A DNA stretch of 64,000 nucleotides from Octopus vulgaris. Lineage: Eukaryota. This document shows positions 50,439-63,211 of this stretch, piece after piece (position 1 is the first letter of the stretch; every line of letters begins with the position of its first letter). The position numbers were made by a program, and so were the translations under genes. Location of the stretch: assembly GCA_951406725.2 (NCBI GenBank), contig OX597822.1, positions 24,738,001-24,802,000 of the forward strand. Direction: 5' to 3'. The notes beneath the pieces were generated by a model. It ran no database searches. It worked only from the letters and a program-made list of their open reading frames with translations, and was not told the DNA's origin.

Positions 50439-53221
50439 CTATAAAATAACAAATGAAGAAAGAACATCTTGATTAAGTCGCAGTTCAAATATATAATTAA
50501 TTACAATACTAATTTAATAACACAGAGAAGTAACAAATTTCAAAAATATATGTCACAAGAGATAGTTTCCAAAGAAGTTAAAAGTAGAATGAGTATAAGG
50601 CTTGTAAAATTTCTTATCAGCATTTGTAATAGCAATCAGTCAACATGAGGATTATAGAGGATTTATAAAATTAGTTTCCATATAATAAGCTGTAACCGTG
50701 TAATCAGGACAAGAGTTGTATTTTTCTCTAATCATTGTATACAGTATGAAATGACACATGTCAAGTCAGAGATAAATTCTGTTGATAAATAACTATCAAA
50801 TAAACTTAGAGGAAAACAAATTTTTCTGATACTATCGCGTAAATGGAATTGGTCCCTCAAATAGGATTATCTCTTTCCTACAGCACATACTACAGATTAA
50901 AGAATAACAGATTTCAATGCTAAGCTGTCACCACCACCAACACTACTGTGGGACAAAATAGATTACTAGTGTTTAGCTAATATCCTAACAATAGCATGTC
51001 ACTAAGACTGACCAGAATTAATAAAATGCTATCCTTATTTGTCAAATCTTTTAAATTAAAAAAAAATTAAAATGCACAAACATACCTCAAAACAAAACAA
51101 CACATGCTAAAAGTTCTAATTGTCATTCAGTGAATGGCTTTTTTTATAGATCTGAATATGTCTCAAGCATATTTCAACAGGTAACAAGTTTGTATTTATG
51201 TACATCACTGCTTAGTGCTTGCATTCCGTATAACATCATCCTCATCATTTAACATCCGCATTTCATGCTGGCATGGATTGGACGGCTTAACAGGAGCTGG
51301 CCAAGAAGAAAACTGCAGCAGGCTTCAGTGTCTGTTTTGGCATAGTTTTTACACTACACACACCTATCAGTCTATCTAACAATATTAACATCATCGGACA
51401 TGGACGTTAAATGATGCTGATGCCTTATAAATATAATGTTTGTGAGTATGTGTGTGTGCATCTGTATATGTTGTACTAAGATCAAAATATACAAATGTTA
51501 GTAATTCTTTAGATTCATAAGCTATTACATGTTGGAACAAGTTTCAAAAATGAAGTGCGTAGATACAGTCTTTGACACAGGAATTACAGAAACATGTAGC
51601 TATACATAACTCATATGTATACCTAAGTATTTGGAATATCTGCATATTCAGTGAAAAGTCTTTCAGCCTGATACTAATAAATCTCTGATAATTTTGTTTA
51701 CTTTTAACATATGTACCAGCATTTCTTAGACAAAGTTGCTTTTTCTTGTATCATCATTCCCTACTACTCAATCCCTGCTCTGACATTAACCACAATGGCC
51801 AGTCCTTTCTTCTCTGAACATCACTCTGGAATCTCCTCCTAGCACATGCCTTTCCTACAGATGCTGACCCGAAATATCTGCAATATTAACTACATTGACC
51901 TCATTGGTCATGGAGAGCCTGCCGCAGAGGTCATGGGTATTGCTCTGCTTACCACTTTTTAATTGTGTGTCTCACTCAGCAAGTGAGACATATTAAAAAA
52001 AGTAGAAAGAAGTGTTTGTGTGCATGTGTATGTATATGGTTTGTTGGTTTATTATTGTTACATGGACATAGAAAAATAAAGCTGATGATTACACACAAAG
52101 AAAAATTAAGCTAAAGTAGCTATGGCTTGAATAATTTGCTATGTTCCAATGAAGTTGGTAAGGAGATTTGATCCAATAGATAACTATGTATGTGCACCAA
52201 GAATGTACATAAATTAAGTTCAAGACCTCTCCAGCTCTCTTGCACTTCTAATGAGCCATGAACTATAATGATTATATTTCGTACCTCCCCATCACCTCTT
52301 GTCAGTCTGTAAGGTTCATAATAATTTAAACTGAGAGTTCCTTGTCTTGTATGCTCTTGGTGCCACATAAAAAGCATTTGCACTAGTGTCAGGACTGCAG
52401 ATGAGACTGCAAGCTGAGGACTGAAATTCAGGCATTTCAGACATTGCCCCAATCATTCCCTTGCCCTCTTCATCCTCCACTTCTCCTCAGTCTGCAAGTA
52501 TGAGGGATGCCCTACCACCATCACCATCATCCTCTCTTATATCACTTGCTAGCACTTCTTTACTTAGCATCAGTTCACCTGTCAAGAGCAAGCAGTAAAT
52601 ATTCTGCGAATGGTGCAATATAGACCAGCATCAATATCTGGAGAGAGAGAGAGAGAGAGAGACCTTAAGTCTTCATCTATCATAAGTCAAGATAACTAGA
52701 TATAAGATTCAACCTGTAGAAACCCATAGATGACTAGGGGACATTTACTTTAAGTTAACTAAAGAGAAGCTGTTAAAATGTAACAGTTTTTGTAACTTAT
52801 GGAGATAACAAGAGCCATCTGTTTCTTTGAAATATATGTGAAGTTGAAATGCACATAACTACCATTCTTTAGATAAGAGTTAGACCTCTCACATCAAAGA
52901 CTACTTTCAAAGTATGAATATAAATGTGTGCATGTGTGTGTGTATGCGTGTGTCCATACATACATACATACATACATATATACATGCATACATATATACA
53001 TACATAAATGCATACATATTTACATACATATATGTATGTATACATATACACATACAATTATATATATATATATATATATATATAAAGTTTCAGATCTAAT
53101 AGAGGTAGCATCAACTAAAAAAAGTACTCCATCCAGTGATTTAAATTAATTATATATATGCCTTGCGAGTGGATTTGGTAGACAGAAACTGAAAGATGCC
53201 CATCGTGTATGCTTGTATGTA

Positions 53222-53555
53222 AGTAAAGCTGGACTCAAGAGTCATCTTCTTAGTCATAAAGCGAGACAGATGAGTGACAACCTGGCCACTGGTGGTGGTG
53301 TAACACACCATACTAATCATATCTGTTGGGCATGAGGAAGAGAGTGTAATTCAGCAGGAGGACTTAAATGACATGCAAAGGCACATGAAGCCCAGTTACA
53401 ACTACAGCCGGCTATTACTGGTAAAGGTTTTAGTTGCCAATTCTGTACAAGACATTGTAGATCTTTAGCTGGGCTAAAAAGTCACATTCGATCTCAGCAC
53501 CAGTAACAGTTAAGCTTCATGCAATGGCCATACTCGATAACGAGGGGGCAGCCAT
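53222..53555 (+). mobile_element. RTE-clade LINE 3' end
   Basis: SKAGLKSHLLSHK (C-terminal zinc-finger remnant) and RTE-like terminus ggccatactcgataacgagggggcagccat. Confidence 0.55.
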
Positions 53556-53686
53556 AATATATATATCTATATATAAACTAAAAACTGTAAAACTCTTTTG
53601 TACTAAATGACTTTTATTTTATAAAGTGTGTGAGTGTATTTGTTTTCATGTGTATGTGTGGGTTTTCATATGCATGTATATCTTAC

Positions 53687-53738
53687 GTTTAGCACTGCGG
53701 GGCACTCCTTTCATCACTTCAATGATGGAATTATACAT
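53687..53738 (-). CDS. Candidate alternative first coding exon B: MYNSIIEVMKGVPRSAK(Q)
   Basis: AAAAAATG start context, 17 codons + 1 nt, donor AAC|gtaaga; phase 1 fits exon 50438. Confidence 0.55.
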
Positions 53739-54056
53739 TTTTTTATAATCATAATCAAGAAAACATAAAAAAAAATATTTTTCAGAAATGTATGCATTTG
53801 CTTGTTAATGACAGTCATTGAAAGCTGGTATGAAGAGAAATGAAACAAAAATTGCTAAAAAGTAGCTTTTGAAAACCTTATTTCCTTTTTATTTTAAATA
53901 TATTTGTTTTTGAATCTAACTTGCTATGACTGTCATGACGAAGCAGGAAGCATGCCTTGGGATTATTTCCGGCTTCTTTCTCTTAGTTCAGAATGTATGA
54001 AGTGGAAGCTTTTTTTAAAAGGGAAAGGGGAGAAAAACAAAATCATTGTATTATTC

Positions 54057-54145
<89 letters not shown>

Positions 54146-55723
54146 CACACATATGTATATGTGGTTTGCCAATTGGCAAATGTCTTTTCTCAGGGTGTCA
54201 GCAGTGTAATGTTAACATATACTTTCCCAAGCAAATTTTATGCAAAAAAGTTAAAACCAGGAACTGAAGAGATGGTCATAAACTTAGTTTTCTGAGAATA
54301 AACCTTCTAGTATTTAGTCACCTAACAATATGTATATGCTCCTAAATTGAAGTACAGATATGTAGATAAAAATGATGGCAAGTGACTAGAAGTGTATATG
54401 CATACAAAAAAAGAACCAAAAAAAACAGAAGAGAGGTATAGAAGTGCTGTGACCTGTGGAGGGACAGTTTACAGGAAATATCTAATTATAGTATATCGTT
54501 AGAATACTACAGTATGGAAAAAGAAAAAAGTACTAAACAAAAAATAGAATGATAATAATAATAAATAAATAAATGAAAAATATCTCTCCAAAACTCAGAA
54601 GTTAACACTGGAAGAAGTGGAGAACAATTAGCGATGATTTGTTTGAGCGAAAGAGGAGATTTGGCACATTATAGCAGTTAACTAGTTGGAAAAAGAGAGA
54701 GAATCTCTGTCAATAATTGAGCTGCTAAAAAAAGCCAGCAGGGTAATTAAGATGATGAGAGTAGTTTTAAAAACAGAAAATTATAGCAAATAACCCAATT
54801 TATGACTAATGCTTGCTTTAAATGACAATGGATGTCCATTTTGTGACAAGATTCCTATCCCAAAGTCAGATTAAATTATGGATAGCATTTCCCCTGGTCT
54901 TATTTACTGACAGCATTTTAGAAGTTTTTATTGCAGGAAGTCTATGAGAATGTGACCTTGGCAAAGAAGATAGTTGGTTACCGTGACTCTCCAAATAGCC
55001 AAAACTGACTTTTTCTTCTTCCTTTATTGCAAATATACTTGTACATTTGCTTTATTTCCAGTTTTTTTATTTATTTGTTTATTGCTATTTAATGCTGATA
55101 TAGAAAACTTTACAATTTATGTACTGAAGAGAGCAGGGAAAAATTAAAGATAGCAAATCAGCTAAATTAAAGTAAAACTTAGAACATCTATAAGGTTTAG
55201 ACCACAAGTGAAGATTTCCATCTTCCCAAGAACATTTAATAAGTATTAGCTTATTGTTGCTTTGTGATTGCACTTTCTCAAACAAACAAAAAATGTTTCC
55301 AAGAAATCATAAGACTTATCTTACTCAATAGAATTAATGGCATTTTTTGAAATGTAATAAATTATTCTTCGTGTGGTTGACCCTGGCCCCAACTGGTCTA
55401 ATTCTAATTTATTGCTGGTATCTATTTTGTTAGTTTATTGTTGGGTAGAAACAATAAAAATCAATCCTGGAAATAGCTTTTCCTTTTATCACTCAATATT
55501 AGAAAAATTTAATAAAAAATGTTATTATTGAGCCAAATAATGATAACTTTTATATGGGATGTATTAAGTATATTATATAAACAATCTCAAGATATCATTT
55601 GTGATATCTGAGTATATTTTGCATGGATCAGACAGAATTTATTGAGGCAAATTTTCTTTGGCTGGAAGCCCTGAAGTAAACTTTTGAATCATACATCCAT
55701 GACTATGCCTAACAAAGCCTTAC

Positions 55724-55758
55724 CTGGTTTTGTAAAACTTAACCATTTAATGATATCT
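55724..55758 (-). CDS. Candidate alternative exon A2 (35 nt, phase 2->1): (R)DIIKWLSFTKP(E)
   Basis: atttatttcag|AGAT...CCAG|gtaagg; strong sites; in frame with exon 50438. Confidence 0.6.
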
Positions 55759-56121
55759 CTGAAATAAATGAAGCACCAAAACTTCTTAAATTTAACAACT
55801 ACTAAAGAAATTAAACTTTTTTTAATACTCTGTCAATGTTGCAACAAAATATTTTTGATATTTATATAAAACAATGGTTATAGGTAGCAGAATGTCTAAT
55901 TTTAGTTGTGCCAGAGTTGATATTTCCTTTTATTCTACTGAGATCATTAAAAATAAATACAGTAATACACTTGATGTTGGTCCAATCAACTGAGGAATCC
56001 AATGTTGCAATCTACTCTTAAGTTTATTGCTGAAGACTGCTTCCACAGAAAAACCCAAAGTACTAGCTTTGTTAAATTTCTTGTTTGTGTGTGTGTATGA
56101 GTGTATATGTATATTATTATT

Positions 56122-56153
<32 letters not shown>

Positions 56154-56233
56154 TTCATAACAATAAAAATGTAGTATTATAAAGATTATAAGAGAAGCTA
56201 TAACATTTTTCATAGCTCAGAGACATTGCTTAA

Positions 56234-56283
<50 letters not shown>

Positions 56284-56862
56284 TTGTGAAAAGGAAGTTG
56301 AAGAAAGGTCTTAAATAATTCTGTTTTCAATTAAGTGTGAAATAACAGAAGCGCTTCCAAAGAGTTCATAAAAGAAAAACTTCATTCATATAAGAAAATG
56401 GTGTATCAAATAATTAAATGTGGACTCTGTTCTTTCACTGTCTAGACACTGCTTTTTTGTCAGTGGTAAAATTAATGTCACTAGACACATTTATATTTTT
56501 CTTTTTCTCTGGTAACTTTTTGGCAATTAAAAAAATCTTTTGTATTATTTTATTGTACAAAGTTGTACATGATTTATCAACTTGACTGTTGATGTTGTTT
56601 AACTCTAGATCAGCTCAGATCCAGTAGAACAATGACCAAAGGCATCCCAGCTATGACCTTCCCATCTTTTTGTATATTTAGAACAATACAATACTAAGCA
56701 TTTTGTTTAATACTCAACTGATTCTGTCTATCCATCCATCTGCCCCCTTCACCATAATAATCCTTTTCTGTGATAAGTACAAAACCTGAAATTTTGGCCG
56801 AGGAGGCTAGTTGATTACATCTACCACAGTGCACATAGAGGTGCATGGTTTATTGGTAAGGG

Positions 56863-56977
56863 CAGTGTTTCTCAACCTTTTTACCCATAAAATAAATTAC
56901 ATGTCTCAAGTAACCCCTGCACAAAAAAAAAATAAAATACTATATCTTTTTCCTATTTTTTCATTGTAGTTCATGTG

Positions 56978-57018
<41 letters not shown>

Positions 57019-57182
57019 ATAACATAATAGATTCGATAGGATGATGTCTATATTACAATAATCAATAATATGTTGTGCATGTACAGTAATATTAGGATCA
57101 TGAAATTAGCATTTGCTTGTAGAACCCCTAGAAAATTTTGCAGAACCCTAGGGTTCTAGGGAACCCTGGTTGAGAACTGCTG
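56863..57182. mobile_element. hAT-family MITE nested inside a SINE
   Basis: TIRs cagtgtttctcaacc / ggttgagaactgctg; 8-bp TSD ggtaaggg / ggttaggg (7/8 match). Confidence 0.8.
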
Positions 57183-57628
57183 GGTTAGGGTATTGAACTC
57201 ATGATCATAAAATTGTGGTTTTGATTCCTGAACTAGGTGATGTGTTGTGTTCTTGAGCAAAACACTTGATTTCACACTGCTCCAGTCCACTCAACTGATA
57301 AAAATGAGTAATCCTGCAACAGGCTGGCATCCTGTCCAGAGAAGAATATACATGCCAGGGAAACCAGGAAACCAGTCCTGTGCACCTTAGAGAGTAATGT
57401 GGACTAACCACCTTAGTGTTTAACTGGTACTTATTTTATCGACCCCAAAATGTTGAAAAGCAAAGTTGGCCTTGACAGAATTTGAACTCAGAATGTAAAG
57501 CTGGAAGAAATGCCGCTAAGCATTTTGTCCGGCCTGGAAACAATTTTGCCAGTTTACCATCTTATTCTCCCCCAATAATAATAAATGCTTCTAATTTAGG
57601 GACAGGGCCAGCAATTTTTAGATTTGGC

Positions 57629-58119
57629 TAACAATTCTGCCAGCTCACTGCCTTAATAATAAGATAACCTAGACTTAGGTCAGACGTTAACCCTAGGACT
57701 CATTATCTCAGGGCTTAACCTAGTTTCTATAGTGTATCAGAGATTGAGATTACAATACAGTGCCTCGAAAAGAATGCCAGTCTTTTACAGGGCAAACTCC
57801 CCATGCCAGCTATTGCTGGAACTTATTTCCAGGTGAGTAAACTGGAGAAACATGAAATGAAGTTTGTTATGCTCAAAAACACAATGCACTTCCCAGTCTG
57901 GAAATTGAAACCATGGGCTAAAGATTGTGAGTGTAACACTCCCACCACTAGACTATGTACCTTCATTAAAAAACAAGAGAAATAAACAGCAGCTCATTAG
58001 TGTGAGGTTTACCTTTTGTTTATATTCCTATATTGTTCTAGAACTGGTTTTAACCAAGAAATTGTAGCTATCCAGGTTGGGGTGCTAATGCTGCTAATTT
58101 TATTCAGAGATTTATAGCA

Positions 58120-58158
<39 letters not shown>

Positions 58159-58937
58159 GTCTACACTAGAAACTGAATCAGTCATCATACAGAGAGAAAA
58201 AAGTATAAACCTTTTGTGAAAATCAATGAAAAGGGTTCATTTAGTCCAAACCCATATACCCACTAATTATTAACAGGTTTTATGTAGAGAGAATAGCGAC
58301 AATGATGGCATAACAAATAATGACTGCTCTCTCTCGTTCTCTTTACACGTAAACACACAGGCAGAGAGACACGTGTGTATTTGAAAACCTAAGTAATTCA
58401 GTCATTATGCTGTGTTTCCTATTTCCATTTTTCCCCTCAGAGTCAGTATAGAAAGTAAGTCCTACAACATATATCAAGTACTCTCTAACTTATACTCAGG
58501 TCTCAGGTTCAATTCCACTGTGTGGCACATTGATTAAGTACTTTTACTATAAGCTTTGGGTTGACTGAAGACGTTTTAGGTGAATGTGGATGGACAGAAA
58601 ATGTGTAGAAATCAGTCAGATGGATAATACCAGCAATTCAAATGTCCAGGCTTGTCATACTGAGTCACACTGGTTCTATTTGATAATAAAATTGAAAATG
58701 TATGTGTGTATATATGTGTGTGTGTGTGTGTATATGTATTTATATATATATATTTATATATATATGTATATATATAAATCTATATATATGTGTATATACA
58801 TATATATGTACATATATATATATATATGTGTGTGTATATATATATTAATATATATGTGTATACATATATTTATATATATGTGTATACATATATTTATATG
58901 TATGTGTATCTATATTTATGTGCATATACATACATAC

Positions 58938-58974
<37 letters not shown>

Positions 58975-59216
58975 CATGTACATATATATGTGTGTGTGTG
59001 CGTGTGTGTGTATAATCAAAATAAGCAACAAGGCTATCTACATACATATTTGTATATATGTGTACATATATATATTTATCTATATGTGTGTGTATATATA
59101 TATATATATATATTGAAACCAGGTTAAGCCCTGAGATAATGTGTCCTAGGGTTAATGGCAGACCTAAGTCTAGGTTACTTTATTATTATTAAGGCAGTGA
59201 GCTGGCAGAATTGTTA
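57629..59216. repeat. ~100-bp inverted repeat pair (57629-57731 and 59111-59216)
   Basis: taacctagacttaggtc...cattatctcagggcttaacct versus aggttaagccctgagataatg...gacctaagtctaggtta. Confidence 0.9.
58013..58188 (-). CDS. Candidate alternative first coding exon A1: MMTDSVSSVD(N13)CYKSLNKISSISTPTWIATISWLKPVLEQYRNINK(R)
   Basis: ATG start, 58 open codons + 2 nt, donor AAG|gtaaac; phase 2 fits the 55758 acceptor. Confidence 0.55.
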
Positions 59217-59236
59217 CCACAATGTATATATATATT

Positions 59237-59317
<81 letters not shown>

Positions 59318-59703
59318 ATAAATATATATATAAATATATATGTATATATATATATATAAATATTCAAAAATATATATATTGTGACAGACCGGCATTCTGT
59401 CCAGGTAAGTAATCTGTTCGCCAACGAGACCGGATCTTATGAGCCAGGCATGGCTTGAGAAGGAACAAACAACAACCCAAATATATATATTATCTGAAGT
59501 GCACTGCATTATACAGTATTATATATCCATCATGGGTGATCTTACCAATCAGTTTTGTGGTAAGGGTAAGATCAGGTGTGATGGATATATAATACTGTAC
59601 ACTTCGAATAATATACCCATGCTACTGACATTTTTCCATACTTATGGACTTTTAGACAACTTATGTATGTATGTATGTATATATATATATGTATATGTAT
59701 ATG

Positions 59704-59734
<31 letters not shown>

Positions 59735-59736
59735 AT

Positions 59737-59926
59737 GACCGCGTGTGTACTGTTGGCGATTTTTTTTCCTCTGTCTTCCCTTCTCTAGATCTTTCCTTCT
59801 CCTATGTTCCCGACGAAGAGTTCCGCTCGAAACGTTAAACCCTCCTTCTTTCCTGAGCGTCCAATAATACTACATTTGTTCCATGTCCTCACGTTGTTGT
59901 GTTTTTTTGTACTTTCATGTTTGGAT

Positions 59927-59930
<4 letters not shown>
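59737..59930 (+). mobile_element. Penelope-like terminal-repeat fragment in (TA)n with a minimal hammerhead-like motif
   Basis: ccgacga-a-gag-ttccg-ctc-gaaacgtta at 59810-59837; flanked by (TA)n on both sides. Confidence 0.55.
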
Positions 59931-59964
<34 letters not shown>

Positions 59965-60534
59965 TTTATTCATAATCTTACAAAATGGTCCCAGTTAACC
60001 ATGTAAAAATATGTACAAACCTGTTTACGAAATAGTTTTTGTTTCAACATCAGGTTTTTTTTTATTTTGTATCTGTAGGCTAACAAGATTACCAGATTGA
60101 AATCTTCCATATCTATATCCAAATAAATGTTTGTATGTCTGTGAGCATTTGTGTTTTATATTTACAATACCTGCATGGATGGGATAGTTTATTTGATGGA
60201 TCAATTGCTTTTACACCTGGATGCCCTTCCGATGATTAACAACTCAGCTATGAAGTAAAACAGCTCTCTCTTTCTCTTGTTGTTTTTGTTCAGTGAATAA
60301 AACTAATAATTCTGTCCTAGCAGTCACATGATACAATCAGGTCAGACTGTGTTTTCAAATCTAATAATATATCCTCAGAAACAAAAATTAAATTAAGAGC
60401 AAGTTGTATTACATATAGAAATAGACTGAAGTTTCTCTGAGTATACTTACGCCAGAGTAATAGGTGCAGTGTGGAAGCACACTCTGTGAGAACAACTACA
60501 GACACACACACACACATCGTTATCTTTTGTTTTT

Positions 60535-60925
60535 TTACTTGTTTCTAATTGTTTCAGCCATTAGACTGCAGCCATGCTAGGTCACTACCATGACAGGTTT
60601 AGTGAAATAAATCGACCCCAGTACTATTCTTTTAAAGTCTGGTACTTATTTCATTAGTCTCTTTTTGCCAAACTGCTAAGTTATGGGGGTCATAAACAAA
60701 CCAACATTTAGTGTTAAGCAGTGTTGGTAGACAAACACACCCATCCACACACATACACTAAATGGGCTTCTTTCAGTTTCCATCAACCAAATCCACTCAC
60801 AAGACATTGGTCCATTCAAGGCTCTAGTAGAAGACACTTGCCCAAGGTGCCATGCACTGGGCCTGAACTGAGAACCATGTGGTTGGGAAGCAACCTCCTT
60901 ACTTACCACACAGCCACATCAGCCC
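60535..60925 (-). mobile_element. CORE-type SINE
   Basis: Reverse-complement homology to 19453-19843. Confidence 0.8.
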
Positions 60926-61112
60926 CTTATGTATCATGATCATAATGAAATGTATACACATGTGAACATACATACAGATATGTTTGTGTTTGTGTGTGCG
61001 TGTGCGCGTGCAATGAGTGTTGGTAGGAGGATGTACAACTAAATATATGTATGTGATGTAATCAGTCAGAAACATCTTTTCTATACTATATTTCATCCTC
61101 AGGTTTTGCTTA

Positions 61113-61497
61113 TCTCTCTATATATAAAGTTGAAGTTGTCTGTGTATGGCAGGTTTGGTAGCCTTCAACTAACACTATCTCGTCCGAGATCCAAGTTGAC
61201 CAAAATTGAGAGTATGATAGAAGAAGGCTTGCTCTTCCTTCCATAGAAGAAAAAATTCAAATCGGACCATGTTAACACCAAAAATTATTAACATCCAAAA
61301 GGTGCTTTTTTTTCTATGAAAATCCCTATTTTTTATGATTTTTTGACTGCTGTGTTGCCATTTTTCGGTGTATTTCAACCAGAAAAATGTTCACTTAAAG
61401 AGAATAACAAGCTACATAATGCAAAATTTTTACTTTTCAAAAATTCCAGTTCTAAAGGGTCGAAACAAACCCGAGCAACGCCGGGCAATACTGCTGG
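61113..61497 (+). mobile_element. Non-autonomous Helitron-like element
   Basis: A|TC start, subterminal hairpin cccg-agcaacgc-cggg, CTGG|T (CTRR) end. Confidence 0.55.
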
Positions 61498-61613
61498 TTT
61501 ATGGTAAAAGTTCATTAGCTACAAAGTTGCTCATAAAAAAAGAAAACAAAATAGAAAAAAAAAAACATAGAAAACTTTAAGAAGATAACAAAGAAAGATA
61601 CAAGTTTGCTTAC

Positions 61614-61672
61614 CAATTACAGCATGTACACGCACATTTAGTTGCGTTCTTAGAATCATAGCATTTTGCCGA
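61614..61672 (-). CDS. FHOD: FHOD exon (59 nt, phase 2->1), end of GBD: RQNAMILRTQLNVRVHAVI(E)
   Basis: ttccag|TCGG...ATTG|gtaagc; matches the FHOD motif ILRTQLSVRVH. Confidence 0.93.
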
Positions 61673-61813
61673 CTGGAAAGAAGAGAATTTAAATTAAAAT
61701 CTTCCAAAGCAAAAGTTAATAAAATTCAACAAAACAATAAAAGCTTTTACGGTTTGAAGATTTTATGTGTTTATATCTATCTTTCTATCTACCTCTATCT
61801 GTAAATATGAATG

Positions 61814-61902
61814 TTGTTGACAGTGACTTCGAGGCTTCATCCAGTTAAACCATTATCCAGCAACAACTTAATTGGTTGAAACTTTGAAATCACTGTCAAC
61901 AA
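61814..61902. other. Hairpin with 35-bp arms and 19-nt loop
   Basis: ttgttgacagtgacttcgaggcttcatccagttaa versus ttaattggttgaaactttgaaatcactgtcaacaa; 29/35 Watson-Crick. Confidence 0.85.
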
Positions 61903-62032
61903 TAGTCTTGTATGAGAATAATAAATTTGTACTCTACAAAAGCATAGAGTAACCCATCAGATTAACGTAAAATTATTTTCATTATAACTGAACATAAAAA
62001 CAAACAAGCAATCTATCTATCTATCTATCTAC

Positions 62033-62123
<91 letters not shown>

Positions 62124-62451
62124 GCAAGATTTTTATTGGTTAAACTGGCAAAATGACCATTCCAAAATATAACAATATATATATATATATATATATAAAA
62201 AGTAGAAATAGCAGTCAAAAATGCTTATTTCTAATTTCCAAATTAGAAATAAGCATTTTTGACTACTATTTCTACTTTTTTCGGTATGCGGTCAAGCAAC
62301 CTGTTGCCTGTCCCTTTTTCTTATATACAATATATATACTGAACTTTACAGAAGTTCCTGCCGGTAATCGGCTATATTTACATACCGAATTCTACCAGTA
62401 AATAATTGTGGTCTTTTTTTTTAAAAAACCATTATAGAAATTATTTACCCT

Positions 62452-62530
<79 letters not shown>

Positions 62531-63174
62531 AATATACACACATATATTTAAGATATATATACACATATACGCATACACACACACACACATATTTACATAA
62601 TGATGTGTATATATATATATATATATATATTATATACATGCATTGTTATATATATAATATATATACATATAATACACACATCTATCTATCGTTATGTGAG
62701 CTGAATAAGGTCTATATAACTAAAACTATGCTTTTGTTTAGATGGTTGACTGCAAACACCTATGGGTTTCAAAGATTGCTTTCAAACCCAGTGTCGTTAT
62801 GCTTGACTGATCTGCTGAACAAAACTACAGTTTGAGTTTATGTAATCCATTCTTTCTTACCTCACATAAATTTGCGTACATGACTTCACAGAATAACAAT
62901 GTAAATTTGTAATCCATTGGCAAAAATGACAGACTGGCAGACAGATATAGATATAAACACACACATATCCTCATTATTTAGTTTTTGTGTTATTCACTTG
63001 TTACGAAAAAAAAATACATATATAATTATTTAACTGACTTGTTAAATCTTAATCCTGTTAAAAAATAATTTCATTATTAAATTAAAATTCAGATTATAAG
63101 TTCAACAATAAAAAAAAAAATTAATCAAAAAGTTTCTAATATTGTACAGTTAAACAAATAAGGTCAGAATTTTG

Positions 63175-63211
<37 letters not shown>

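Noticed and set aside
51086-51106. 21-nt exon-like segment ttttag|CATG...GAG|gtatgt
   Set aside because: Contains TGA in the required phase, and its ATG is out of frame
54982-55046. ATG-initiated segment MYKYICNKGRRKSQFWLFGES ending at gtaacc
   Set aside because: Ends in phase 2 and I found no compatible downstream exon; out of frame with exon 50438
62861-62917. Strong donor GAG|gtaaga with an upstream ATG
   Set aside because: The ATG frame is phase 0, incompatible with exon 61672; the compatible frame lacks an ATG. It could only be a UTR exon, which is unsupported
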